Positions 48,547 through 59,363 of a DNA stretch of 64,000 bases are shown piece after piece; the first letter of the stretch is position 1, and each line of letters begins with the position of its first letter. Source of the stretch: Elsinoe ampelina (lineage: Eukaryota); the NCBI GenBank assembly GCA_010093995.1, contig ML992502.1, positions 985,001-1,049,000 of the forward strand, read 5' to 3'. The notes beneath the pieces are model-generated. The model was not told the DNA's origin, made no database searches, and worked only from the letters and a program-made list of their open reading frames with translations. The translations under genes and the position numbers were made by a program.

Positions 48547-50387
48547 CTATAACGCTGAGAAGACGAAAAGCTGTCAATGTGTCAATGGTTAACTCTCGAT
48601 TGTCAATAATTATACTCACGTTATTAGTCGCAGCAATCGCAATGCTGTCTTCGAATGGATGCCAGCTCATGTGCAGGATCTTCTTGTTGAAATCAATTTG
48701 ATCCGCGTCGGTCTCCTTCCTCATCCTTGCGCCTTGACCAGCGGGACTGTTGGCCCTGCTGCCCTTCTTGTCCTTGCCTCCAGGGCTGGTCGCGCTGTTC
48801 ATTGGTGTGGGCACGCCGACCTTCTTGGCCTTGAACGCACTCTTGTCTGCCTGAAGTACAACTTCGGTATCCTTGTTCTCTTCTGACGGGTAGATCATGA
48901 AGTTGTTATTGTATGAACCTGTCATGACGTTCTTGCCGTCTCCAGAGAAGACAACCTCAAACTTGTCGAAGATGGAGTCGTTTTCGTAGGTGTCGCAAAG
49001 CCTGGGTCGTAGGTGTTCATGGATAGGAATTGTCTTGACCGGCTTGCTGTCCATCTTCACGTCCCAGATCTTGACTGTAAGGTAGTCGCGCGAAAGGATG
49101 TACCGGCCATCGTTTGAAAAGCGGACGTCTGAAATGGATGAGATGATTTCGGAGAAGAAGGATCTGGAGGACGGGTCTTCCTCTTGCTCAAATTCTAGTA
49201 TCGGCGTCAGTCGTTAGATATCTTCCGAAGCTAACTGTCCTTACGCTTGGCATGTGCATCACAAAGGGCACTCTCTCGCATATCAGCCAGCTTGATGGTG
49301 CCTTTCGAGCTGGCATACATGAAGATGTTGCAACTCTGTGGGTGGAACTCTGCAGCTGTGATGACTTCAGTGAGCTCCTCCATGTTCGCCGGCTTGATGT
49401 CGACAATGTTGAAACTTTGATCTTGTATGTTGAGGTTCCAGAGATTGATTCGGAGATCGTCACTGCTGATGAACGTCTCTCCATCGCTATTCGGCGAGAT
49501 GCTGTTGATGTGGTAGGCGTGAGCATTTGCGTAGACCTTTCTCGGAACAGCAGCGATGACGGTATCGTGGTGTGTCATGCGAGGGAACTTCAGATCGGCT
49601 ACACTTCTGAAGGCGTGGTTCGGAGTTCTGACTGGGCCACCTCCATTCGCATTCCCAACACCAGCTGGTGTGAGCTCTTGTGATAGATTGTTCTCGGCCA
49701 CAACCTTCAGACTCTTCTCAAAGACTTTCCAGAGCTTGATCGTCTTGTCGTTGGTCGATAGAAGGTAATGTGAGGCATTTTGTCGTCGGCACCACTTGAT
49801 CTTGTTGATCTTCTCTTCAATTTCCAATGATTTGAGGTAGTCGAACTCTGGCTCGTGTGACTGGAACTCCGTGTGAAACTTGTATTCGCATGTCTTCTTC
49901 TGTTGGTATATGAGCGATCTGGCCGTGATTCAGGGTAAGGGATCGTCTTACGCTCTCATTACGCTCAAAGAGCACAACGCGACCACCTTTGTCACCGGTC
50001 GCAAGATAGTTGCCCGTCTGATCGAATTCGACTGTTGAGATTATGTCCGCTGTAATATGTCAACACCTTGTTCTTAGTGGAGCATGGCGATCACAACCCA
50101 CCTTCTGTGATATCTTCAACGTCGCCCTTGTCTCCGAAACATCTGCATCAAATGTCAGCGGCTTCTTATCTATGCAGCCGTGTCTTCTGCTTCGGCAAGG
50201 TTGGGCTTATAGAGCTGTTCTCGTGGCATCTCGTATGCTGTGCCCGGACCGCCGAGAGTGTTCAGATGTGCTCTCCTAGCTCTTGAATACCGGAATTGCC
50301 TGATATTTTACTACCAAAGGTGATGAGGGAGCAGACATACTGTGTGAACTTCCATGTTGGAGTCTGCGAAGAGTCTCCGTCCACCAT
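48547..50387 (-). CDS. CDC55: Protein phosphatase 2A regulatory subunit B55
   Basis: WKFTQCFGDKG...[29 protein letters not shown]...[26 protein letters not shown]...[11 protein letters not shown]...[16 protein letters not shown]...LFVFSAL*; about 5 introns. Confidence 0.97.
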
Positions 50388-50948
50388 CTTCTGTGTCGTT
50401 GTCCGGGAGTGAGTCCTGCTTGGTGGGATGATTCGTGCAGTTCAAGCTTGTACTGATTACTTTCGGTCGATGAGCAGGCCGGTCACTTTCGATCTCTTTG
50501 TAGTCCGGTCTAATCGCGTGTGATGGGTGCTTCCAAGCTCCAATGCAGGTCGCGAATCGGTCTCAGACGCCTTACGTCAGGCGGCTGATAATATGCAAGT
50601 GAGTTGTAGTGCGCACGACCTCGTTATGTCGGTTTGGGCGATGTAGCTTCAGTGGTGGGTTGTCGACGAAGCTCAAGATGAGGTGTGAGAAGAATGCAGA
50701 CGAGGTCGGCGGGGAATGGTAATGGAAGAATCAAGCTGTGGGAAGTCTAGATGGGAAGAGGATGAGGAGCATCGGTGCGATGCGGCCGCCAAGGAAACTT
50801 GCTTTCCCCTTTGTTGGCTTGTCTGGTAGGCCTTTATTTGTTCACTTCACGTTGTTTGATATTGAGACATCAACTAAACTTGATGACGCGAAAGCACACA
50901 TACGATTTCGATTATGGCAGGACGTATGAAGTCAGCTTCGACGGAGTA

Positions 50949-52710
50949 TCACCACGCGACGTCCTGCTTCGAAGCCTTTCGACCCTTCCAGCCGCCACTT
51001 CCAGCATCGCCCTTTGACTGATTCCAGTCGTTCTTATGGGATCCTCCCCATCCACCCCCTCCTCCATTCTCAGCTCCACCGTGATTATCTCCCCATCCGC
51101 CCCCTCCTCCCTGTTCGGTACCCCATCCACCGCCGCCACCTCCTCCTTGCTCGTCTCCTTCGCGTGCAGCATCGTCGACTTCCCCGCCGGCTCCTCCATC
51201 AGCTTTACTACTACGTGTTGTAGGCTTCTTGCTCGGGACCGCGGACGGTGTCTTTGACAGCTTGCTACGATGTGCACAAGCCTGGATAGCGGCCGCCTTC
51301 TGCTGGTTGCCATCGTCCCAATTTGCCACTGTCTTGCGGACACTAGGCGTCTTGACTGAGGATGCGGCCTGTAGCTTTGCGAAGGCGTGGGAATCAGCTT
51401 TGGAACGAGACTTCTCCTTGGCCGCCTCGAAAAATGCTTTGCCGCGGTAGTGGAAAGTGAAGACCACGAAAGGAGCTTCCATTGTGTCGAAGTAAAGTGG
51501 ACGAGCGACAGGGTGAACGTAGCGAGCTCCCTTATAGGTTGTGGCCTGAACATAGAGTCCTCTGGCACGAGCGAAGTCACTGTAGATCTCTGGCTGTTCG
51601 TATGCTGGCTCGACATATGGATCTCTAGGCACGAACCGATTTGCAACGTCAGGGGCGGCGATCCCATTGTCATGCCTGTTAGGATCACCGTAGCCTTTCG
51701 AGTTCGGGTTCCACGCTTTCCAGTACGTCTTTGAGGATTGTTGCGGTACTCGATGAGGGACTGCACGGCTCAGACTTGGGCTTTTGGGTGCTGACGTCTT
51801 TTGCTGGTTTTTGTTTTTGACGAAATCTTCATACTTGATCTCCTCAGCATCGTCAGGCTTCCAGATGCCCTGCGCTTTGTTGTGATGCGAGCCTTGCTTG
51901 CTGCGGCTGTGCTTGTCTTCGTCGTTGTTGTGGTTGGCCCAAGGGTCGTCGCCTGCTCCGTCGAAAAGACCTCCTAGACCACCAAACATGCCGTTCTCGC
52001 TCGGCGCAGGTGTTGCTGTCTTGACCGTGGCAGGTTTTGGAACGACTTTCTTGGCTTGAGACTTTTTGTGGTTTGACTTTTTGTTCGCATTCTCGCCTTT
52101 GGCTTCGGATTTGCCGCGTGTAGGCAAAGCTGTGACAGGAAGGGTAGACGCTGATACGGCGTCTGAACCGATGTCTGTGGCTGATTTTGGATGTAACGGC
52201 CCAGAAGGTTCGCATCGCAGTACAACGACTTCGATAGTGCCCAGATTTGCAGCGAAGGACGGGTCGAGGTGAGGGACGGACCCAGCCGGAGCTACATGGA
52301 AGTCAGTGAGGGAACAAGGTAATATATCAAGAAAAGTGTCAACCAAGTTTGATCTTGTTGAACCGCCATTCGCGACCAATCATACGCTTTTCATGAGGTA
52401 TGGGTTCTTCTTTTTGACGAAACCGCATGTCAATTTGTTGAGCTTCGCCGCCATTCGTTACTTGTGCTGGTGGTGAGAAGCCTGTTTTATTTCTGTTCGC
52501 CTGGTATTGTCCATCGAGGAAGACGAATGCTGCGAGACCGGATGCGACGAAAGAGGTAGTTGTGAGATGAATCGAGAAGGGGGCATCGTTGTCGGGCACA
52601 CGAACGAAACATTCGACCCTCTGATCGCCGTAAGTGATGCTTGATTCTGGCAGTATATCGTTGCTAGGGGTGAGTTCAAGGTGGCATCTCATGCCGTTCA
52701 ATTGCGGCAT
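50949..52710 (-). CDS. Fungal hypothetical protein (beta-rich N-domain ...FVFLDG.YQ.NRN...GTIEVVVLRC, FTFHYR motif, Gly/Trp-rich tail)
   Basis: ORFs 52339..52710 and 50949..52379 joined by an intron GTTGAC...CTGAC...TAG. Confidence 0.75.
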
Positions 52711-52917
52711 CTTGACTTTTGTGATTAGTCTTGCAGTGCGATGAAAGGTCTACTCCCTGTTTCTGGTAATTACCCAGCACGCAATTCACGCGTAGTAGCT
52801 ACACTGCCAAGTACTACACCAGTAGAGCACGTTCATGGTGGTAGTAGATGTGGAGGAGAGTGAGTGTTGTGGAGGCGAAACAAGAAAGACCAGAAGAACG
52901 GCTCGAACTGTTTATGA

Positions 52918-52930
52918 TGCTGACTCAGCA
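52918..52930. promoter_or_regulatory. TGCTGACTCAGCA: extended AP-1/Gcn4 (MARE-type) bZIP site
   Basis: Pseudo-palindrome with a TGACTCA core, about 210 bp upstream of the 52710 ATG. Confidence 0.35.
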
Positions 52931-54480
52931 AGATCTCTTGGCGGGATATGATCACATCCAGAGGCGATAACTTACATCGAAGGCCTCGGGATGTCACTGT
53001 AAGGTTGTCTGCAGACTACCTTCTACCCGCATATCCAGACCCGAGTTCCCAGTTTCCTGCTGCATTTTAGCTCGATGCTTCAGACCTCGGTCCGGCGGAC
53101 GTTCATTAGAACGTGAAGGGCCATGTCATCCTTCTGCAAGCCTTGCGGGAAAAGTCGCGTCCAACGGCTGCGAGTGATGGAGCAGGTCGGATTGTCTGCG
53201 ATGCAACGATTGATTGCTTCAGACAAGCTCCGGTACCAAGCACATCAGCTGCAGCATACTCCATATAAGATGTCAAGATGGTGGGTCCAAAACGGAATCA
53301 CTTGCGGGGTTGATAATCGCGGGGCATCCTTGCATGTTTCGAGACCGAAGATCCATCACACGAGGTTCGAAACATATCAACAGCTGCATTTGCAGTGGAT
53401 ATTGCGTGATATCATACCGTATCGGGTGAATCTGATCAGCAATCACCGCGAGACGCACCGTTGAATTGATATCAGATCTGCTGAATCGTGGGGTGCGTCC
53501 ATGTCATCAACGGTCCAGCCAATGAATGCGGTTTCATACTTTCGAAGACTTGTCAAGTCCAGGCACACAAAGCTCTTTGGAACGCGTCGCGGAAACAGTC
53601 GGGAAGCGTTCCCACACGAGCATCATCAGGTAGCTATGCCCATCGAATAGAGCGAGTGTGATGTAGTAGAGCTTGCCTTGTATATTCGTACCTTGTTGCG
53701 GGGGATGCTCGTCCTCGATCATCGGGGTGGGATGTGAATGGGAATGGTTCAGACAGACTCTACTACCCACCAATTTCCTGAGCTGCCATCTTGTTGATTT
53801 TACTGTCGAGAAGGATTACTCTCAATCATACACCATACACCCGACTACCGAGTACGTACCTGGCGAGGCCATCTCTAGACCAAAGCACGAACCAGCAGGC
53901 CCAACGCCCTCAGTTTTGCGTCGCCCGTCACATGTGAACGGTCCCTCACCGTCTTATCCACACCACCACTCCACCAAAACCACTACGCAGATATCGCCCT
54001 TTGACTTTGGTCGAGCTTCTGTCCCTATCACTGGTATCCTACTGTACTATCTGCGAATTATCACCACTGTCACATACGGATTATTACCCCCTACCTTAAT
54101 GTCATCCGCGACTTCCTGACTCGACGTCATTATTGCTTTCCGTTTGCGCAATCTCAACACGTTGGGTCGAATATACGAATAACCAGCAATTCCATGCACA
54201 CTGTACATTCAACACGATATACGATTGTATTCTACATGAGCGAGACGAAACAGTCCTGAAGAGGAGGATTCACACACACAATCACCCATACCCTGATCAT
54301 ATATTCCTACGCCCTGCAAGGGAACTGTTCCGAAACCACGCTATCAGTGCGACTGCTTCCTGTGCTCCGCTGATACACGGGCGACGCCAGTCGATTGGAA
54401 CGCTCTTGATATTGTGGTGGGAATGCCCACAAACTCAAGAGGAACACCCCGTCGATAGCTAGCCACATGAACTTGCAGCA

Positions 54481-56751
54481 ATGGCACCCGAAGCTCCAAA
54501 GAGGCGGTTTGCTCCTACGCCTGTCGAGACAACCACAAAATCGAATAGATCAAAGCAGGAGGAACCCTCGCGCGCGAAAGCAGCTGCCCCGAGGAAGTTT
54601 GCTGTCGAACCCGTGGAGACCTCGGTGAAACGCAACACACCGGGCAAGGACGCTTCCAATGAAGCCAACTCTCCTGGAAGCGACCCAACAGCGAAGCCCA
54701 AGCCTCGCAAGTTCGCTGTTGAGCCCGTCGAGACCTCCAGCCGCCATAACATCCACGTTCGGATAGACTCACCAAAAGAGGAGGAAGCGCCAGAGCCAAA
54801 GAAGCCACGCAAGTTTGGTGTGCAGCCGGTGGAGACATCGACGAAAAGTAGCCACAAAAATGCAGCACCGGACACCAAGCCGCGGAAGTTCGCCGTGCAA
54901 CCGGTCGAGGAAACGGTGAAGAGCAACAAGGTCAAGCCATCTGGAGAGAAGAAGGACAATCCGAAAAGTCGCTTCACCCCACAGCCTGTGGAAATGACTG
55001 AGCGTCGGAGAAGATCTCATGGCCCGGCGAGACGAGACTCAGAATTGGACGAGACACCTGCAGACATACCTGTACCTCGACCCGTCAAGAAGACGTCGAG
55101 GAAGTTTCACGTCGATCTCATTGACACGAGTAAGAGATCAAGGAAGAACTCTGATGAATTGTCTCCGGTACCGCAGAAGTTCAGGACTGATGTGGTACCT
55201 GGTCATATGGTGACTGCCAATGGAGTACCTCTCTTCCCGGCCGCATCAGAGGTCAAGAGATTACCACTACCGCATGAGCGGCGGAAAGAACGGCATGGCT
55301 CGTGTGGAAACATCCGAAGTCACAGCTTTTTGGCGCCAGACCTTGAAACCATCGAGAGCTCAGAAAGCGAAGCAAGCGAAGCAGGCAGTCCTCTTCGATC
55401 CAAGACCCCATCAGCTGTCAACGACTCTCCTCTCACTCTCTCAGAAGGCTCGACCGAGAGCTACAAGCAAGGTATCAAAGCACAAGAGGTGCAGGAAGAG
55501 CAATTCAGTCAGTTCATGTCCGGGCTTGAAGCCCAACGAGCAGAGCAGAAGCTACGAGAGCAAGTTCTGGCAGCATTTCCGAACTCGGATTTCCACGAAC
55601 CCGTTGAGCATTACGTTAATAATGATGACAACGATAGCGATGACATCGAGTTCGAGGACAGGCCAGCAACATGGGAGGGCCATGAAGATGACGAGGAGGA
55701 ACTCATGGGACCAAAGGCCTGGAGGCAAGCAACTTCGAGGATCGATTGGGAGCTTGAAGACATGAAGAAGCACCACGAGGAATTGGAGAAAGCCAGAGCA
55801 GCAGCTCTTCTTGCCTCGACGAAAAGGACAGAAGCAAGTCCTTCCCCTTGGTGGAATGCAGCGGCAGCACGAGACTTCGCCAAGGGTGTGGACCCAGAGA
55901 CCACAGCCATGCGTGACGGAGCTCGCCCACCTATGCTCGGTACCGACCTCGTCTTCCCCCGGTCCAAGTCCCCCGAGCCAGCTCGATTCGACATCACGCA
56001 AGGCTCAGAGACTCTCCGGACACAAATGTGCTACCTCACAGAACAAGCCGAAGCCCGCGCACGAGAACCCAAGACCATCAACGGTCTCTGGGGAGGTGCC
56101 CCGTCCCCCATCAAATCCTCCTCGGAGACAAAAGGTCTCTGGGCCGGCCTCTGCGCCTCCTCCCGTCAAAATTCGTCCGACTCCTCCGACAGCGCCCTCC
56201 CCTCTGGCCTCGTCACTCCCGCCATCCTCGAACGCGCCAACCCCTTTGACGAAACCCTCTCACACAAAACCTCCTCCAAAACCCTCCGCCCCCCTACTCC
56301 TCCCCACACCCGCACCAAAATGCAACGCCAAGGCATCGTCGAGCCCCGAATCGACTCCGTCCTCAACACGGACGAAGAACTCGACTCCCTCATGGAAGCC
56401 GACTACCCGGACACCTTCGTCACGCAAGTCTTCAACTACCTCTCCCTGGGCTACCCCAGCCTGGCGCGTCCCTTTGACGACGAACTCGCCAAAATCTCGG
56501 GCGTGCCCGTCGCAGAACTCCGCAAGGACGACGCGGTGGCGAAAAGCATGCCCAAGGGGTATATTCGGATCGGCGATGATTTCGAGGGGCGGAATGACGG
56601 GACCAGTCAGGATTTGGAGCATAATCAGTGCGCGAGGTGGAGGGCGTTGAAGAAGTATATCCGTGAGTGGGCGAGGCAGGAGAAGGGGATGGTGCAGGTT
56701 CAGGCTGTGCCGTGGGGGACGGGGGCGAGGAGGGGGAGTTGGGCTTGGTGA
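54481..56751 (+). CDS. Fungal hypothetical protein with N-terminal RKFxVxPVET repeats and C-terminal FVTQVFNYLSLGYPSLARPFD.EL.KIS domain
   Basis: 756-aa uninterrupted ORF ending RRGSWAW. Confidence 0.85.
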   Translation: MAPEAPKRRFAPTPVETTTKSNRSKQEEPSRAKAAAPRKFAVEPVETSVKRNTPGKDASNEANSPGSDPTAKPKPRKFAVEPVETSSRHNIHVRIDSPKEEEAPEPKKPRKFGVQPVETSTKSSHKNAAPDTKPRKFAVQPVEETVKSNKVKPSGEKKDNPKSRFTPQPVEMTERRRRSHGPARRDSELDETPADIPVPRPVKKTSRKFHVDLIDTSKRSRKNSDELSPVPQKFRTDVVPGHMVTANGVPLFPAASEVKRLPLPHERRKERHGSCGNIRSHSFLAPDLETIESSESEASEAGSPLRSKTPSAVNDSPLTLSEGSTESYKQGIKAQEVQEEQFSQFMSGLEAQRAEQKLREQVLAAFPNSDFHEPVEHYVNNDDNDSDDIEFEDRPATWEGHEDDEEELMGPKAWRQATSRIDWELEDMKKHHEELEKARAAALLASTKRTEASPSPWWNAAAARDFAKGVDPETTAMRDGARPPMLGTDLVFPRSKSPEPARFDITQGSETLRTQMCYLTEQAEARAREPKTINGLWGGAPSPIKSSSETKGLWAGLCASSRQNSSDSSDSALPSGLVTPAILERANPFDETLSHKTSSKTLRPPTPPHTRTKMQRQGIVEPRIDSVLNTDEELDSLMEADYPDTFVTQVFNYLSLGYPSLARPFDDELAKISGVPVAELRKDDAVAKSMPKGYIRIGDDFEGRNDGTSQDLEHNQCARWRALKKYIREWARQEKGMVQVQAVPWGTGARRGSWAW

Positions 56752-57381
56752 GGTTTTGTGTTCATGGTGGGTTGGTGGTTGGGTATGCTGGGAAGGGGAA
56801 AGGTTTGGGATGGTGGTGTACGGATTGCGCGAGGTGGCCAGGGATGGACCAGGACAGGCCGAGGAAAAGGCTCCAAAAGGCGGGTTGGGGCGTGGTATAT
56901 TTCTAGCATGGCATGGGCAAAGGCAGGAGGCTCGAGCACAGGAGACAGCATGGGAAGCAGCGATATCACCGCGACGGCGTTCTGGGAGTGTATTGGCGAC
57001 AGGCACGCGCACAAAAATCTGTCCTGGGAGATGGGGGGAAGCATTGTTTAGTTCTGCCGTCCTTGTACTTTTTTCCTCTTTGAGATGACGATAACGAAAC
57101 ACATTACATTACCACCCATTGTGATTATTGGAATGTAAGCTTTTGATCTGCAAGAATGGGTGAATGATGGATCGTGATTCGTGAATTTTGTATTACAGCA
57201 TGATTGATGCTCGTTTCTTTTGGTCTCATGATAAGATATGCTTCCCTGGCCCCTACCCCTCTGCCGATAGATATGGCTGATGACCTTGACCGTCCCAGCC
57301 AAAGTATGCGCCCTTGAGCTCCACAGGAAAGCAATTGGACCCGCCAGCTTTTGTGCATCTGATATCATCAAGCGCCACCTT

Positions 57382-59363
57382 ACTACCAGCTGCTCCTTGA
57401 CCTGGTAGTAATTTCTCGTAATACCTACCAGCTCCCCCCTTCATCTGGTAGTACTTCCCTGCAATGACTACCAGCTTTGCCATGACCGGGTAGTATTAAC
57501 CAGCCATGACTACCAGCTCACAACATGACAAACCCCTCGTCCGTCTCTTCGGCGGCTTGTTCAACTTCCAGACTGACCTCCACCATGTCCGAGTCGGGCG
57601 TCGCAGGATCCTGTGGACGTGTCTTGGTCTTCGGCTGTGGATCGAGGTCGACCACGTCCCAGCTCTCTTGCACGGGGGCCGGTGCTTTGCTTGAGCTTGC
57701 AGCTTCTGACAGATACGATGGCGCTGAGTCGCCATAGGTAGATGGCGCGGGATGGATGGGGAGATCTTGGGTTTCCGGGAAGGGCGCTGAAGAAGTGACT
57801 ACTGGTGCTGTAGCTTTGTCAGGACCTGGTAGTACTTCTGTGCCGATGGCCGGGATGTCAGGGACCGGGTCGAGTTGCGCTAGGAACCTTCGGACGGCTT
57901 CGCACTCATTGTCATGGTTACTACTAGAAGTAGCATGCCTGGTAGTTAGTGCGTGTGGTAGTGGCACGTTATCCAGGCTGAACATCTGATCCAGACCAGT
58001 CCCGGGTGTGTCCTCGAAGAGACCCATCACAGCAGCTTCGGCGGCAGCAGATTCGGTAGCGGCAGCTTGGTCGGCAGCAGCCTCGTTCATGCTCGCAAAG
58101 AGGTTCCACTTTTCAGGGCCATGCCAGCCCGGCTTGTAGTTAGATGGCGCTCCTGGCGGCATCTGGGAGGACATGTGCACGGGGTGCTGGTAGGATACGG
58201 AACCCGAATGCTGGTAGGACTTCGACGTCGGGTTGCGCTGCTGGTAGGATTCGGGGACCAGATCTGAAAGGCGGTCATGAAGGGCGGCTACATCTGAAGC
58301 ATCCTGTTCACTTCTGCGACTGGACCTGGTAGGATATGGCTGGAAGCGGCTGGACTTTGTGAAACGCTGAAACTGCTCGAGCTCCTCGTCCTCGCCGGGG
58401 ACAACGAGTCCCTCAGAACCACCCTTTTTGACCTTGACTTTCTCAGGCACCGGTTCGGTTCGAGCCTCTGGCGTACACAAGAAGGATTGGACAAGCGCTC
58501 TACGGGCTGGTGACATCCTTGATAGAGCGCAAACAGTCCTACCAGGGTGCAGTGGGTGCTCGGTGTCGACGAGCATGAAGGGGTTAGGTTCTGCAGTTTT
58601 CAATGTAACACCGACCTGGACGAAGGTTTGGGCGCCCTCGTTCCTGTGCACATGAGACATATTGGCAACGCAGAGATCCTGGTGGAACACGGGATGGGTG
58701 TTGAGCAGGTCAATGAACTCACGATCGAAGAGTAGATCGTGTTGGACGAGGTTTGTGGCGCAGTAGCCGAGTAGAGAGCTCAGTACCTTGGTGTCATCCT
58801 GGTAGTACTTGTACGCGTATCTGACTGCAGCAATCAGGTCGAGGGGCCGCTGCCTGGTGTAACAACTCGATTCTAGCGATTGGACCACGGACATGTAAGC
58901 TTGGTCTCTCAGCGGTTCTGCATCGTAATTGTGCGCGATACGATACACCTGGAGATGTGTGGTGAGGGGTGTCTTCGTCGGATCCTGGCAATGTGCTGGT
59001 AGGTATTCCAGCGTGTACGAGTATCTCAACAGTGCTTTTGCAGCATCCGGAGTGAACTCGTCGTCTTCCTCAAAGTAACATGCTTCGATCCCGCGAGCTG
59101 TGGGCTCGAAAGAGGCTGCGAGCAGCGGGCATGCCTCTTCAACTACCAGAATCTCGATGTTGCTGGTAGTATCTTTCTGGCCTTTGTGTTTCACTACCAG
59201 ACATCCTGGTCGGCGGATCTCGTTCGGCTTGATGACTTTCAGGAAATCGGTACTATCCATTGGTAGGAACTGGCAAGAGGTACTACCAGGCGGGAAGTCG
59301 AGCTTGGCTTGATCGAGCTGAATGAAAAGTGGTTTGGTAGTTGGCGGGAAGGAGTACTACCAG
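57382..59363. repeat. Dispersed homotypic cluster of CTGGTAG/CTACCAG (20 exact copies)
   Basis: 7-mer starts at 57383, 57402, 57425, 57445, 57468, 57510, 57826, 57939, 58187, 58211, 58241, 58326, 58539, 58799, 58996, 59143, 59163, 59194, 59283 and 59357. Confidence 0.9.
57518..59260 (-). CDS. Divergent BTB/POZ-like domain protein with long disordered C-terminus
   Basis: 580-aa ORF with CPLLAASF...EDDE...AKALLRYSYTLEY...HLQVYRIAHNYDAEPLRDQA, the fungal BTB pattern L.Y.YT..Y...H..VY.lA.kY...L. Confidence 0.75.
   Translation of the reverse strand: MDSTDFLKVIKPNEIRRPGCLVVKHKGQKDTTSNIEILVVEEACPLLAASFEPTARGIEACYFEEDDEFTPDAAKALLRYSYTLEYLPAHCQDPTKTPLTTHLQVYRIAHNYDAEPLRDQAYMSVVQSLESSCYTRQRPLDLIAAVRYAYKYYQDDTKVLSSLLGYCATNLVQHDLLFDREFIDLLNTHPVFHQDLCVANMSHVHRNEGAQTFVQVGVTLKTAEPNPFMLVDTEHPLHPGRTVCALSRMSPARRALVQSFLCTPEARTEPVPEKVKVKKGGSEGLVVPGEDEELEQFQRFTKSSRFQPYPTRSSRRSEQDASDVAALHDRLSDLVPESYQQRNPTSKSYQHSGSVSYQHPVHMSSQMPPGAPSNYKPGWHGPEKWNLFASMNEAAADQAAATESAAAEAAVMGLFEDTPGTGLDQMFSLDNVPLPHALTTRHATSSSNHDNECEAVRRFLAQLDPVPDIPAIGTEVLPGPDKATAPVVTSSAPFPETQDLPIHPAPSTYGDSAPSYLSEAASSSKAPAPVQESWDVVDLDPQPKTKTRPQDPATPDSDMVEVSLEVEQAAEETDEGFVML

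Noticed and set aside
57253..57483. 76-aa ORF downstream of the BTB gene
   Set aside because: Peptide is largely a translation of the CTGGTAG motif array; no other coding support.
57382..57516. Motif array as a CRISPR-like or Chi-site array
   Set aside because: Eukaryotic DNA; units are only 7-8 bp, in both orientations, and differ from Chi (GCTGGTGG).
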